Below are positions 9,337-18,924 of a stretch of 51,247 bases of DNA, in pieces (the stretch's first letter is position 1; each line of letters opens with the position of its first letter). The notes beneath the pieces are model-generated. The model made no database searches. It was given only the letters and a program-made list of their open reading frames with translations, and had not been told where the DNA came from. The translations under genes were made by a program, and so were the position numbers. The DNA is from a virus (lineage: Duplodnaviria > Caudoviricetes): the IMG/VR virus record IMGVR_UViG_3300005526_000002, positions 1 through 51,247 of that record; one strand, given 5' to 3'.

Positions 9337-10328
9337 ACGGACATGCCACCTACGCACCATCATCTGCCGCGCGTTGGCTGGCGTGTCCACCATCTGCCCT
9401 GCTATCACAAGACTTGCCGGAACGAACAAACCCGGCCGCATTGGAAGGCACTCGCGTTCATGGCGTGGTCGAACGTGCCATTCGCAACAATGAAATCCCC
9501 GATCCTTCGCCTTGGCAAACCAAGAGCATGTCTGACCGGGAGGTAGCGATTTACATCAAGGATTACGTGGCGCAATTGGGTGCTGGTATCGTCTTGGTTG
9601 AAGAACGGGTTTTCTTGACAAAAGGATGTTGGGGACAACTGGATTTTGGGCATATCGCGGATACCATCACTGTTCTGGATTTCAAGAACGGCAGTTGGGA
9701 TGTTGAAGCCAAGAACAATAAGCAAATGCTGACTTACGCCGCGACGTTTCTTGACAAGTATCCGCAAACGCAATGGTTTCGATTGGTTATTTTTCAGCCC
9801 AACTCTTGGGGCAATGACGATTTTTTCAAGCAGCATATTCACAGCCGCGCCGAAGTCGAAGCCCATCGTCAATTGGTTATGAGCGCGGTTGCCTATGAGG
9901 GACCGCCGCGTCCCGGTCCACATTGCCGTTGGTGCCCGGCATTCTCGCGTTGTCCTGCCATGTCGCAGGATGCTAATTTCCTGATGGCTGCAATCTCGCG
10001 AAACCCGGATACAATGCTGCCGCAGGAATTGTTGCGTATGCTGCGAATTATTCGAGCGGTCAGTGACATGAAGGAACATCTTGAAACCGAACTGACCAAC
10101 CGGTTAAAATTAGGTGCTGCGGTTGATGGTGCGGAATTGAAACCGTCGCGCAAATGGACCGCTTGGAATGACGAACGTCAGGCGGTAGAAATTTTATGGA
10201 AACTGGCGGGACCGAAAGGCGTCAAGCCCGTGACGCCAGCGGCGGCAAAGAAACTATCCAATGAAGCGGCGCAGTACGTTGAAGTTGCCAGCCATAAACC
10301 GGAACCGGAATTAAAGGCGAGTTATTAA
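9333..10328 (+). CDS. DUF2800-family Cas4-like PD-(D/E)XK nuclease
   Basis: HATYAPSSAARWLACP, GQLD, VLDFKNG, QMLTYA, HCRWCP...CP. Confidence 0.85.
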   Translation: MNGHATYAPSSAARWLACPPSALLSQDLPERTNPAALEGTRVHGVVERAIRNNEIPDPSPWQTKSMSDREVAIYIKDYVAQLGAGIVLVEERVFLTKGCWGQLDFGHIADTITVLDFKNGSWDVEAKNNKQMLTYAATFLDKYPQTQWFRLVIFQPNSWGNDDFFKQHIHSRAEVEAHRQLVMSAVAYEGPPRPGPHCRWCPAFSRCPAMSQDANFLMAAISRNPDTMLPQELLRMLRIIRAVSDMKEHLETELTNRLKLGAAVDGAELKPSRKWTAWNDERQAVEILWKLAGPKGVKPVTPAAAKKLSNEAAQYVEVASHKPEPELKASY

Positions 10329-10495
10329 TGGATTATTGGCTGACAGGCAGGAAAGTGGTTCGGTGGCGTTTGTTGGCGTTGCGTCAAATGTACGGTAATG
10401 ACGAAAAGATAGAAACAGCACTTGACAAAACGATAGCTGCACTCGATACTGCTATCGCTGAAGTCGAAGTTCAAAACCAGAAGAAGGAAGTATGA
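10328..10495 (+). CDS. Small hypothetical protein (55 aa)
   Basis: TAATG coupling; MDYWLTGRKVVRWRLLALRQMYG... Confidence 0.5.
   Translation: MDYWLTGRKVVRWRLLALRQMYGNDEKIETALDKTIAALDTAIAEVEVQNQKKEV
10422..10450 (+). promoter_or_regulatory. Sigma70-like promoter upstream of SSB
   Basis: TTGACA-N17-GATACT. Confidence 0.5.
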
Positions 10496-10496
10496 A

Positions 10497-11312
10497 ATGG
10501 CACGCGTTTACAAACAGGCTAATATCTTCAATGCGCGCATCGTTAACATGCGCAATCTGTGGGAACCTTCCCGCGAGTACATGGGGAAGCCTACGGAAAA
10601 ACCCAACTACCTCGCAAGTTTCATCGTTCCGAAAACCCGTGCGAACTGGTTTGAAGAACCGTCGTTTGCCGATTTTGTGCGAGCGGCGCAAGAACTCTAT
10701 ACAGCTTCGCTGTCACATATCCCATTCCCGCAAGTCATTTGGCCGATCAAGGATGGTGACGCACCCGAACCGGGCAAAAATTCGCCGGATTGGATGAAAG
10801 GTCATTGGTATCTAACCGGTTCGTCCACTTCGCCCATCAATGTCACCATCGTACAGGCTGGCGTGCCCGTGGCGTTGATGAACCGCGCTCAAGTCAAATC
10901 CGGCGACTATATCGCGGCCGGTGTTGCTCTTGCGGTGAAGGCCAATGATCCGCGCGGCGTGAAGTGCTACCTCAACACGGTCATGTTTATGAGCGCTGGC
11001 GAGGAAATTGTGGTTGGTAGCTCCGTCAGTTCTTCGGAACTCATGGCGCAAGCCAAGGCACAAGGTTTGAATGTGACCGGGTTTGGTGCCGGTTCGGCAG
11101 GGTTGCTGCCCCAAGTTGGGTTTGGTCAGTCTGCCGTTAACGCAGGATTTGCGCCTACGCCTGCTGCGTTCCCTTCTAACGGACAGGGTTTTGCACCCCC
11201 GCCAGCGCAGCCGCCAGCGCAGCCGCCAGCCTCGCCTAGCGGTTTTGGCGACGGACTTACCCGAGCCTACCCGGCCGGGTTTACTCCGCCCCAAGGCTTC
11301 CCGCAGCGTTAG
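10497..11312 (+). CDS. DUF2815-family single-stranded DNA-binding protein
   Basis: PIKDGD, KGHWYLT, SGDY, GVKCYLN motifs; lies between DUF2800 and PolA. Confidence 0.8.
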   Translation: MARVYKQANIFNARIVNMRNLWEPSREYMGKPTEKPNYLASFIVPKTRANWFEEPSFADFVRAAQELYTASLSHIPFPQVIWPIKDGDAPEPGKNSPDWMKGHWYLTGSSTSPINVTIVQAGVPVALMNRAQVKSGDYIAAGVALAVKANDPRGVKCYLNTVMFMSAGEEIVVGSSVSSSELMAQAKAQGLNVTGFGAGSAGLLPQVGFGQSAVNAGFAPTPAAFPSNGQGFAPPPAQPPAQPPASPSGFGDGLTRAYPAGFTPPQGFPQR

Positions 11313-11336
11313 GACAAGCGCGTAGCGGTGAGGATG

Positions 11337-11375
11337 CCCCGGCGGGTGAAGGCCAGCCCATCCGCCGGGGTTTTT
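11337..11375 (+). terminator. Intrinsic terminator after SSB
   Basis: CCCCGGCGGGTG...CATCCGCCGGGG stem followed by TTTTT. Confidence 0.75.
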
Positions 11376-11386
11376 ATGAGGGCATC

Positions 11387-13294
11387 ATGCTTTTCGTTGA
11401 TTTGGAAACACGGTCGCGAGTAGACCTGAAGACAGCCGGTGCCCGCCGGTACGCTTCCGATATTTCGACGCAGATCACAACAGCTAGCTGGTTTGTTCAT
11501 GGTACCATGAAAACGGTATGCCCGGTTCACCCGCACCTTGGTACGCATTCGATTGACCAGTTGTATCTGGACCTGATGGCATGTGACCGGTTCGTGGCGC
11601 ACCACGCCAACTTTGACGCCAACGTACTGCGCGGACCAAATCAAAACCCGTTCTTGAATATCCCGGTGCAGAAGGTTTCCTGCACCATGGCGCGAGCGCA
11701 AGCGCTATCGTTGCCCGGCGGTCTTGATGAACTATGTTCAACGCTCAACATCAAAGGCAAAGACCCGCGCGGCCGGGCGCTAGTAATGCTGACGTGCAAA
11801 CCGCAACGTGACAGCACGTTCAACGAAGACGTTGCTACATTTAGGGAATTGCTGGCTTACAATGTCCAAGACGTTAATTGCCTGATGGGAGTTGACAAAC
11901 TTCTTCCTGAATTGAGTTTGGAAGAACGCAAGATATTCGAGCGGTCATGGCGCAAGAATGATATCGGGTTGCCAATTGATATTGAACTGGCTTCCGCGAT
12001 TGCTGCGCGCCGCAGGGAAATTGAGCATGAAGCCGAAACCCAACTGCGCGAGATTACCGACAATCAAGTGACCGCCGTAACGCAACGCCAGCGCATTTTG
12101 ACATGGGTGAACAGTGGCAACCGAGCGGCTGGTTTGCTTGGTACCAAGAAACACGAAATCGCAGAAGCACTGGAAAATCCTGATCTTCACCCGGATGTGC
12201 GTTTGGTGCTGGAAATTGTGCAGGAAAGCGGCGGTAGCGCACCGACGAAAGCGCAAGCGTTGCTTAATCGTCATGTCAATGGTTGGTACAAGGACGCAAC
12301 TCGTTATTACGGTGCACGCTCCGGTCGCGGTACGTCCGAAGGCGCAAATATGTTCAATATTGCGAAGCCATCCGGTAAGTACAAAGTTGAAGATGTAATC
12401 TTGGGGCTGCGAGCGGGGTTTAAGTATGACAATACAGCGCTCACCGACGCGCTACGAGGCTGCATTGTTGCGCCACACGGTTATTCCATCATTGATAACG
12501 ACTTATCAAACGCCGAATTGCGGTTGGCACTTTGGCAATCGGGTGATGAAGGTAGACTTGCTATCCTACAGCAACCCGGTGGCGACCTGTACATGCACAA
12601 TGCTATTACCATGTGGGGACTGCCAGCAACCGCGACTAGAGAAACCCATCCAAAGGAACGGTTCGACGGCAAGACCACCACGCTAGGCGGCAACTATCAG
12701 CTAGGTTGGAAAACCTACAAAGCGCATATGCGTCGTATTGGCATGACCATTAGCGATATCAAGGCGCAAGACGATATCAAGAACTACCGCAAGGCAAATC
12801 CGCAACTGACCAAATTGTGGGAAGCGTTAAAGACCGCTTGGTATAATTGCTTCTATGACCCGCCGGGAAGATATTACTACGCTGGCAAGATAGCACTGTT
12901 CAAGGACGGCACCACGATATGGATGGTGCTGCCGAGCGGTCGCAGCATTCCGCACTATTCGGTATTTGTGGGACAAGACGGCAATATGGGTTTCTTCCGT
13001 GCCAAATTTGGCGCGATGTTACCGCAAAAAGTCTTCGGCGGTTCCTTGCTGGAAATCAGTTGTCAAGCCATGACACGCGATATTATTACCGCTTGCGAAG
13101 ACGATATCGAGCAAGAAATGCCGGATACCTTTCTTTTGTTAGATGTCTATGACAGTGTGATAGCGCTATCTCCTATAGAAGTAGCAGAACAGCGTGCAAA
13201 ACAAATGCGAGAAATAATGCGTCGTTCACGTTCTTGGACCGAAGGATTGCCGCTTGACGCGGAAGGATACAGTGCCCCAAGGATGCGAAAATGA
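11387..13294 (+). CDS. polA: DNA polymerase family A with 3'-5' exonuclease
   Basis: Exo motifs DLET, AHHANFD, YNVQDV; motif A DLSNAELR; motif B RFDGKTTTLGGNY; motif C VYDS. Confidence 0.9.
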   Translation: MLFVDLETRSRVDLKTAGARRYASDISTQITTASWFVHGTMKTVCPVHPHLGTHSIDQLYLDLMACDRFVAHHANFDANVLRGPNQNPFLNIPVQKVSCTMARAQALSLPGGLDELCSTLNIKGKDPRGRALVMLTCKPQRDSTFNEDVATFRELLAYNVQDVNCLMGVDKLLPELSLEERKIFERSWRKNDIGLPIDIELASAIAARRREIEHEAETQLREITDNQVTAVTQRQRILTWVNSGNRAAGLLGTKKHEIAEALENPDLHPDVRLVLEIVQESGGSAPTKAQALLNRHVNGWYKDATRYYGARSGRGTSEGANMFNIAKPSGKYKVEDVILGLRAGFKYDNTALTDALRGCIVAPHGYSIIDNDLSNAELRLALWQSGDEGRLAILQQPGGDLYMHNAITMWGLPATATRETHPKERFDGKTTTLGGNYQLGWKTYKAHMRRIGMTISDIKAQDDIKNYRKANPQLTKLWEALKTAWYNCFYDPPGRYYYAGKIALFKDGTTIWMVLPSGRSIPHYSVFVGQDGNMGFFRAKFGAMLPQKVFGGSLLEISCQAMTRDIITACEDDIEQEMPDTFLLLDVYDSVIALSPIEVAEQRAKQMREIMRRSRSWTEGLPLDAEGYSAPRMRK

Positions 13295-13644
13295 GAGTGC
13301 TTGTATGCGGTGGTAGAAATTATTTTAATAAAGAAAAATTATTTGAAGTTCTTGATTGGTGTCATTTCAAATCAGGTGGTTATATCGAGTGCATAATTCA
13401 TGGTAACGCAACAGGTGCGGATACTTTAGCTGGTGAATGGGGAAAAACCAGAAACGTACAGGTACTAGCATTCCCCGCCGAATGGGATTTGTACGGCTCG
13501 CGCGCCGGTCATCTGCGGAATGCACAAATGATCCGAGAAGGAAAACCAGAATACGTTATTGCATTCCCCGGTGGACGTGGTACTTCTAATATGATATCGC
13601 AAGCGGAAATGAATAACATACCAGTAGGCAGAGTAACGGAATGA
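13291..13644 (+). CDS. DUF2493/YspA-like SLOG-family protein
   Basis: RVLVCGGR, IIHGNATGAD, AG..RN..M, AFPGGRGT. Confidence 0.85.
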   Translation: MRVLVCGGRNYFNKEKLFEVLDWCHFKSGGYIECIIHGNATGADTLAGEWGKTRNVQVLAFPAEWDLYGSRAGHLRNAQMIREGKPEYVIAFPGGRGTSNMISQAEMNNIPVGRVTE

Positions 13645-13832
13645 TTGGACAAAAATTTGGTTTAGTAACCATTCTGGAACGAGATAACGAACCAAGCACT
13701 TTATTAGGAACCATAAGATACAAAGTGCAATGCGAATGCGGTAGCGTTAGGTGGCTTCGCGGGAATAATCTGCGAGGTTCACCACCTAGAACGCACCAAT
13801 GTTGTTACCGAGATGACTTGAACAGGAGTTAA
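13641..13832 (+). CDS. Small hypothetical protein (GQKFG.VT...CECG, like the N-terminal module of phage HNH proteins)
   Basis: ATGA coupling; motif similarity. Confidence 0.5.
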   Translation: MIGQKFGLVTILERDNEPSTLLGTIRYKVQCECGSVRWLRGNNLRGSPPRTHQCCYRDDLNRS

Positions 13833-13834
13833 AA

Positions 13835-14098
13835 ATGACTGACGTTACCGTAATCGAAGCGCCTAAGAAAACGCCCCGCAAACCGCGCCCGAGCGAGATT
13901 GCGAAGAAAAAAGCAAAGGCGGTAAAGAAAGCCGTGAAGCGGCCGAACGGTCGCCCGTTGATGTATCCGGACAAGACCATTGTCCGCATGCCCAAGGGCT
14001 GGCTGAAGCGCATCAATGGCGCGTTAAAAGCCGACGAAGGTCAGGGCGATCTCATGCGGCTGGCAGTTGAAAAAGAATTGAAGACGCGGCGTAAGTAG
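13835..14098 (+). CDS. Basic protein with C-terminal ribbon-helix-helix-like domain
   Basis: GRP...KTIVRMPKGWLKRI...MRLAVEKEL; AGGAG RBS. Confidence 0.6.
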   Translation: MTDVTVIEAPKKTPRKPRPSEIAKKKAKAVKKAVKRPNGRPLMYPDKTIVRMPKGWLKRINGALKADEGQGDLMRLAVEKELKTRRK

Positions 14099-14776
14099 CT
14101 AGCTGAAAATCTTTCCGAGCAAGCCGCCAAACAACGAACCAAGTCCGCTGCCAAAAGACTGCCCGGCGGTATTGGTTTGGCTGGCTAGCCCGCCGTAAAG
14201 TTGTCCTATGGATCGCGCGCCTTGTGCGAAGGTGCCAGCCTCACCAAGACCGGCTTGCAAGCCTATGTTTTCCTGCCCGACAAGATTTTGTTCGGCAGCT
14301 TGCCGCTGCGCGAAGTCCTGTTGCTGTCCGCTTTCAGTTGCTTGGAATTGCTGGATTAAATCCTGATTGGCGATGCCTTCAGTGATACCGGTTTGAGCGC
14401 GTAGATTAGCGCCAGAAAGAAGACCGCCGCGAGCCGCAGCGGTATCGTTTTGTGCCGATGCAGCGGTCTTCATAAGATACTGCGCGCCTTCGCTGGTGTT
14501 GTAGTTCTTGGCGAAGTTCTGAAAATCTACTGGATTATTGGGATCATTAATTCGCCCCATCCCGATATTCTGCGAACCAACGGTATCGTTAAGTAGATTG
14601 TTGGTAGTAGGATCGAGGTAGTTTAGACCTTGCGAATTGTACGGGTTTACTAGGGCTGCGCCTGTACTCGTCAAACCACTGACGGCACCTACACCGGCTT
14701 GCGTAGAAGCTAGACTGCTAAGACCGCCGAACAGCCCGCCTAGAGCGCTACCGATACCGGAGAACAAGTCTGCCAT
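14099..14776 (-). CDS. Putative DNA ejection/pilot protein
   Basis: Gly-rich termini; AAARGGLLSGANL motif characteristic of podovirus DNA-transfer proteins. Confidence 0.7.
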   Translation of the reverse strand: MADLFSGIGSALGGLFGGLSSLASTQAGVGAVSGLTSTGAALVNPYNSQGLNYLDPTTNNLLNDTVGSQNIGMGRINDPNNPVDFQNFAKNYNTSEGAQYLMKTAASAQNDTAAARGGLLSGANLRAQTGITEGIANQDLIQQFQATESGQQQDFAQRQAAEQNLVGQENIGLQAGLGEAGTFAQGARSIGQLYGGLASQTNTAGQSFGSGLGSLFGGLLGKIFS

Positions 14777-14779
14777 GGG

Positions 14780-14797
14780 TTGACCTTCTGTATACAG
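14780..14797. promoter_or_regulatory. TTGAC element plus CTGTATACAG palindrome in a divergent intergenic gap
   Basis: TGTATACA core recurs at other divergent junctions. Confidence 0.55.
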
Positions 14798-14815
14798 TTA
14801 TGCTATCAGCATACC

Positions 14816-15013
14816 ATGAGAAGGCAAAAAAGAACAACCGTTGTGCTATCCACACGGGTTAGCGCCAGCATGGCTGCGCGCGTTGATTGGCTCATAAGGA
14901 ACCACGATGGCATTAAAGACCGCGCCGAAGGGATCAAAGCCGCAATCAAAACGTGGGTTGAAGCCCGCGAAAAAGAAGCGGTCACCCAAGGGCTGTCCCC
15001 GCCAACTATCTGA
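14816..15013 (+). CDS. Ribbon-helix-helix-like DNA-binding protein
   Basis: TVVLSTRV strand followed by two helices (RAEGIKAAI). Confidence 0.6.
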   Translation: MRRQKRTTVVLSTRVSASMAARVDWLIRNHDGIKDRAEGIKAAIKTWVEAREKEAVTQGLSPPTI

Positions 15014-15335
15014 AACAGCCATCCAAATGATAGCTTGGCAATGGGTTTGTGAAGCACACCCCGAGTTGCTTATCTTTCACGTTCCCAACGGCGGCAGCCG
15101 CAATATTGCGGAAGCCATGAAGTTCAAGCGCATGGGGGTACTGCCCGGCGTTGCGGATTTTTTGTGTTTTAAAGAAATGCGAAAAGTAGCTATTGAACTG
15201 AAAGACAGCAACGGCGATCAATCTGTTGATCAGAAAAAATTTGCACAACGATGGTTTAACGTAGGTGGTGAATACTACGTTTGTCGCAGTTTGGAAGAAT
15301 TTCAAGGCACCATTAAAGCTATCGCAATGTTTTAA
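14907..15335 (+). CDS. VRR-NUC domain endonuclease
   Basis: E..IQ, HVPNGG, GVLPGVADF, IELK, Q..F motifs. Confidence 0.85.
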   Translation: MALKTAPKGSKPQSKRGLKPAKKKRSPKGCPRQLSETAIQMIAWQWVCEAHPELLIFHVPNGGSRNIAEAMKFKRMGVLPGVADFLCFKEMRKVAIELKDSNGDQSVDQKKFAQRWFNVGGEYYVCRSLEEFQGTIKAIAMF

Positions 15336-15347
15336 GGTTGTATACCA

Positions 15348-15512
15348 ATGACTAAAGATCAAGCTGCGGCGGAATTAGAAAAGCTTCAAACGGAAAAGAA
15401 TAAAGAATTAGCACACGTCCTTGCCGATGAAGTGCTATTAAAATTTTTATCAGCACTTGGGTATCCAGATATTGTGACCAAGTACGAAAAAATAGAAAAA
15501 TGGTACGCATGA
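15348..15512 (+). CDS. Small hypothetical protein (54 aa)
   Basis: MTKDQAAAEL...AHVLADEVLLKFL..LGY...KWYA; ATGA coupling downstream. Confidence 0.65.
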   Translation: MTKDQAAAELEKLQTEKNKELAHVLADEVLLKFLSALGYPDIVTKYEKIEKWYA

Positions 15513-15775
15513 GAAAAGCCAAAGCCAACAATAGGCTTAAACTAACACCTGATCTGCAAGACTTTCTGAGGCGTCGAACAACGCCCTTTTTTGATGCCAA
15601 TGGCCTATCAAGGCCCATTAGCTTCGTTCTGGAAGAGGTTTACCTGCAAGGCATGAGAGACGCTGTGCAGACGATGGAAGAAAAGAAATCATTCAACACT
15701 TCCTCGAAACATGGCCGGTGCGATGATAACTGTGCGACATCTAAAACAGATTTTTTGCCTCCACTGGTTCGATGA
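15509..15775 (+). CDS. Hypothetical protein
   Basis: ATGA-coupled ORF. Confidence 0.5.
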   Translation: MRKAKANNRLKLTPDLQDFLRRRTTPFFDANGLSRPISFVLEEVYLQGMRDAVQTMEEKKSFNTSSKHGRCDDNCATSKTDFLPPLVR

Positions 15776-15932
15776 ACAGCCAACCCGAGAATGCGGCTAT
15801 AGCGAAGGACCAATCATCTGCTGTCAACAAAGAACTTACCGGGTCACGATGAAAACGAGGGTTTGTTCAAAGTGCGGGTTTGAAGAAGATCGCCGCGTCG
15901 GTGATCCGATTTATGTAGGCTGGGAGAGTTGA
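15711..15932 (+). CDS. Small Cys-containing hypothetical protein
   Basis: FCLHW...RVCSKCG. Confidence 0.5.
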   Translation: MAGAMITVRHLKQIFCLHWFDEQPTRECGYSEGPIICCQQRTYRVTMKTRVCSKCGFEEDRRVGDPIYVGWES

Positions 15933-15935
15933 GAC

Positions 15936-16130
15936 ATGAGAAAACCAGATATCCGATGTGTTACCGAAGTCGTGCGCGATGCCACATCCATCCAAGCTGG
16001 ATTGCCTGATGGGCGATGGGTTCCAGCACGGTCATTGGCTTGGAATCAACTTCGCCTATTTGGGCGTTGGAAGGCCGCATGGTTGGTGTTCATTGGCCGC
16101 GCCGATGCTGTCACTTACCCGGGTCAGTAG
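15936..16130 (+). CDS. Hypothetical protein
   Basis: WVPAR...RWKAAWLVFIGRADA; GGGAG RBS. Confidence 0.7.
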   Translation: MRKPDIRCVTEVVRDATSIQAGLPDGRWVPARSLAWNQLRLFGRWKAAWLVFIGRADAVTYPGQ

Positions 16131-16565
16131 TTAAACGATCAGTACCCAAGCGCCGGTTACTTTGACGTAAATATGCAGATTGTTTGTGTCGGCATACCAA
16201 TCGCCATTAACGCCAAGACCGGCACCGGGTGCAACCGTTCCATTTCTCACTCGCGGGAGGGACGTTAATGCAGCAATTTGAGCAGTATGGGTTTGGCTGG
16301 TGGTAGTAAGTAAAGAAATATGTGTATTTGCGATAGCGATAGCGCTTGTGTTAGCTGCCGTTTGTGTAGTAAGACTGGAAATCTCAATTGTATGAGTGTT
16401 AACCGTTGAAACCAGTGCGTTGTAACCCGGTATCAAATCAGGGTTGATAGTGCCGCCGCCTTCGTTGATGAAAGCTTGAAGATCATGCAGCCAACGGTTA
16501 AAGGCCGGATCGAACTGCGCAATAGGTGGTGGCGGCGGAACTTTAGTAAGGATTTGTGTCGCCAT
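16131..16565 (-). CDS. Putative tail-associated coiled-coil protein
   Basis: F.RWL N-terminus, heptad repeats, C-terminal G.NGDWY...YVK..GAW module. Confidence 0.65.
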   Translation of the reverse strand: MATQILTKVPPPPPIAQFDPAFNRWLHDLQAFINEGGGTINPDLIPGYNALVSTVNTHTIEISSLTTQTAANTSAIAIANTHISLLTTTSQTHTAQIAALTSLPRVRNGTVAPGAGLGVNGDWYADTNNLHIYVKVTGAWVLIV

Positions 16566-16892
16566 GTTGTTTAGACCCGGTGAAGTGATTGTTGCTGGAC
16601 CCGATTATGACATAGTAGCAGGCGTCAAGCCAAACGGTAAGTTATTGTGCATTATTAGGTGGAAAAAGACCAATGATCCTGAAATGCGCGTGCGGCAAAA
16701 CACTGACGGAAAATGACGTATGTCCAATCCCGAGCGGCCGACCCTGCAATTACCCGAGCGACCTTACGCCGGTCAAATCATTTTTTACGGTACCACTCGC
16801 GGCAGAATTTCCTTGGTCACGAATAGAACAATTGCCGTGGAGTGGGAAGACGGAAACTTTCCCGTGGTCTACCCAAAAATGACGCACTACCC

Positions 16893-17516
16893 ATGGGAGT
16901 AGATCGCGAATTTGTCCGTAAGTACATCAACGACAACTGTATCGCGAGGGTGCCGGAAGGCAGCAAAGACCTCCCGTCCTACAAAAACCAAGGTAGCGGC
17001 TATTACCTATGGCAATTCTATCTGCGAGAAGCGATGTTCAACCCATTGGTTTTGGACGTGATTGTGCAAGACTTCATGACAAAATATGAAGAACCACTTA
17101 AAGCCGGTATCATTCAGTTATGCGGTGTTGAAAGCGCGTCAACACCGTTTCTGACCGGTATCGCTATCGCCTGTGCTAATCGTGGTTTGGATGTTAATAT
17201 CTTTTCGATCAGGAAAGAACAGAAACCCTACGGCCGAAGAAATTGGTTGGAAGGTAGGGTTTTGAAAAACAAATTGGCAATGATGGTGGACGATGTAGTT
17301 TCTAGTTCACATAAGACTTCCATTCACGGTGCTAAAATTCTAGCCGAACAAAAAGTGCCAATGGCAAACCACATTCATACGCTGGTTTACAAAACCAAAA
17401 AACCGCAAATGAACAAAATCAAGTTGCAGCATCGCGATATAACGGTTACGTATATGTTTAGTCTCAACGACTTTGATTTGTATTTTAAGTATCCTTGGGC
17501 TAGCCTTCAGGACTAA
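16893..17516 (+). CDS. Type I phosphoribosyltransferase (orotate PRTase/PyrE-like)
   Basis: CGVESA, IRKEQKPYG flexible loop, MVDDVVSS PRPP-binding loop; ORF open from 16842. Confidence 0.75.
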   Translation: MGVDREFVRKYINDNCIARVPEGSKDLPSYKNQGSGYYLWQFYLREAMFNPLVLDVIVQDFMTKYEEPLKAGIIQLCGVESASTPFLTGIAIACANRGLDVNIFSIRKEQKPYGRRNWLEGRVLKNKLAMMVDDVVSSSHKTSIHGAKILAEQKVPMANHIHTLVYKTKKPQMNKIKLQHRDITVTYMFSLNDFDLYFKYPWASLQD

Positions 17517-18924
17517 CCTGTACGAAAAATTCATCCATTTCAAATGGCGCAGTCGCGCCATCATACCGCAAACGCACTTGTCTGCGTCGTGACGTTCCCA
17601 TTGCTTTCGCAATGGCGCGGCGGGTGCCCGGTTCGGGCCATGTGATGGTACGCAGCCCCTTGAACGTCAGCAGCCGGTCTTCTGACCAATCGAGTGTAAA
17701 CGTTCCAGCGCTCGCACCCATGTAACTCGTAACGTCAATCTGATTGATGACGTGTCGGGCTTCCTGATTACCAAGCCACATCGTAATGATGGAACGCGGC
17801 ATGCGCCCGGCCGGTTCATCAGCACTGGCAAGATCAAGTGTGCAAACCTCGCCGGTAATCAAGCCAACATAAGAAACACCACCATCATGCTCAACAGCGC
17901 AACGTCCTACATGATCGTCACGTCCAAATGTCTGACGATAGCACCAAGACATTGTTGATATCGCCAATTCAATAGACCAAGTATTTTCGAGCGTGAGAAC
18001 ATAAAATTCGTCTCCGCCTTGTGCGTACATATAAGCCGTGAGATTTTGCAAATCAATTTGTTGCAACAGTAAATCAACCCATCCCGGCGATATCGCTTGA
18101 CCGGATTGTCCCTTGCCCATCCATATACGGCGATCTGTTGCTACCCATAGCACCATACCGTGCAAATTGGCTAACGTGCGGCGCGCGGCTAGCCCAACTT
18201 CAAGCAATGAGTTGGTGAATGCAACAAAAGCAAAATCAGCACTACCACCTTGGTCATACCACATTTCGACCGTGCGGGTACCCATGGGCCAGAACGTACG
18301 ACCTATAGTAACGACATCAAGTAATTCGTCCGCGCGTGCTTCCGCCGTAGCAAATGCATTGGGCTGCACCGTGGCTGGTGCGAGTGGATCGGACGAATAC
18401 ATCTTATCGGATTGATTGGCGTAAGTGTCGGATGCGCCAGCCCATACCGTGAAGTTATCCAGATTACAAACCGCAGAAGGATCGAAGTTGATGGACGATT
18501 GAAAACCGGTGAACACAACGCCGCCACCGATAGTAGCTGTATAGCCTGATCCAGTACCGCCGTTCGCGGTACCGTTGGAAGCAATGCAGAGTGCCGTCCG
18601 GTCTTCTGCTAGGCGAATGATTGGCGTTACCGGATCAACGGTAACGGTACCCTGCAAAGTTGGTGACGCAGTTTCAACGCCGCTGTAAATACTGCCGTCA
18701 GCATGCGCGGACCATATAGCTCCAACTGCATGACATAGCGCGATACACGGCGAAGATGTTGGTTGGCAAACTGTCGCTAGGCCGGGTGAACCAACAAGAC
18801 GAACCTGTGCTGGTTTTTGTTCTTCTGGCTTGCGCGTTACAATACGACAATTGACAAGTTTGGACGCACCCTGATCCTGATTAAGCGGGTCAGCAAATGA
18901 ACCAAAGATACTGACCGCAGCCAT
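17500..18924 (-). CDS. Packaged DNA stabilization / tail hub protein (P22 gp10-like)
   Basis: 474 aa, beta-rich; SPGL, FATAEARAD, GTRTVEMWY, GTSRRR motifs. Confidence 0.8.
   Translation of the reverse strand: MAAVSIFGSFADPLNQDQGASKLVNCRIVTRKPEEQKPAQVRLVGSPGLATVCQPTSSPCIALCHAVGAIWSAHADGSIYSGVETASPTLQGTVTVDPVTPIIRLAEDRTALCIASNGTANGGTGSGYTATIGGGVVFTGFQSSINFDPSAVCNLDNFTVWAGASDTYANQSDKMYSSDPLAPATVQPNAFATAEARADELLDVVTIGRTFWPMGTRTVEMWYDQGGSADFAFVAFTNSLLEVGLAARRTLANLHGMVLWVATDRRIWMGKGQSGQAISPGWVDLLLQQIDLQNLTAYMYAQGGDEFYVLTLENTWSIELAISTMSWCYRQTFGRDDHVGRCAVEHDGGVSYVGLITGEVCTLDLASADEPAGRMPRSIITMWLGNQEARHVINQIDVTSYMGASAGTFTLDWSEDRLLTFKGLRTITWPEPGTRRAIAKAMGTSRRRQVRLRYDGATAPFEMDEFFVQVSPEG

Noticed and set aside
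11198-11232. 12-bp tandem repeat in the SSB tail
   Set aside because: Simply encodes PPAQPPAQPPA in a disordered tail
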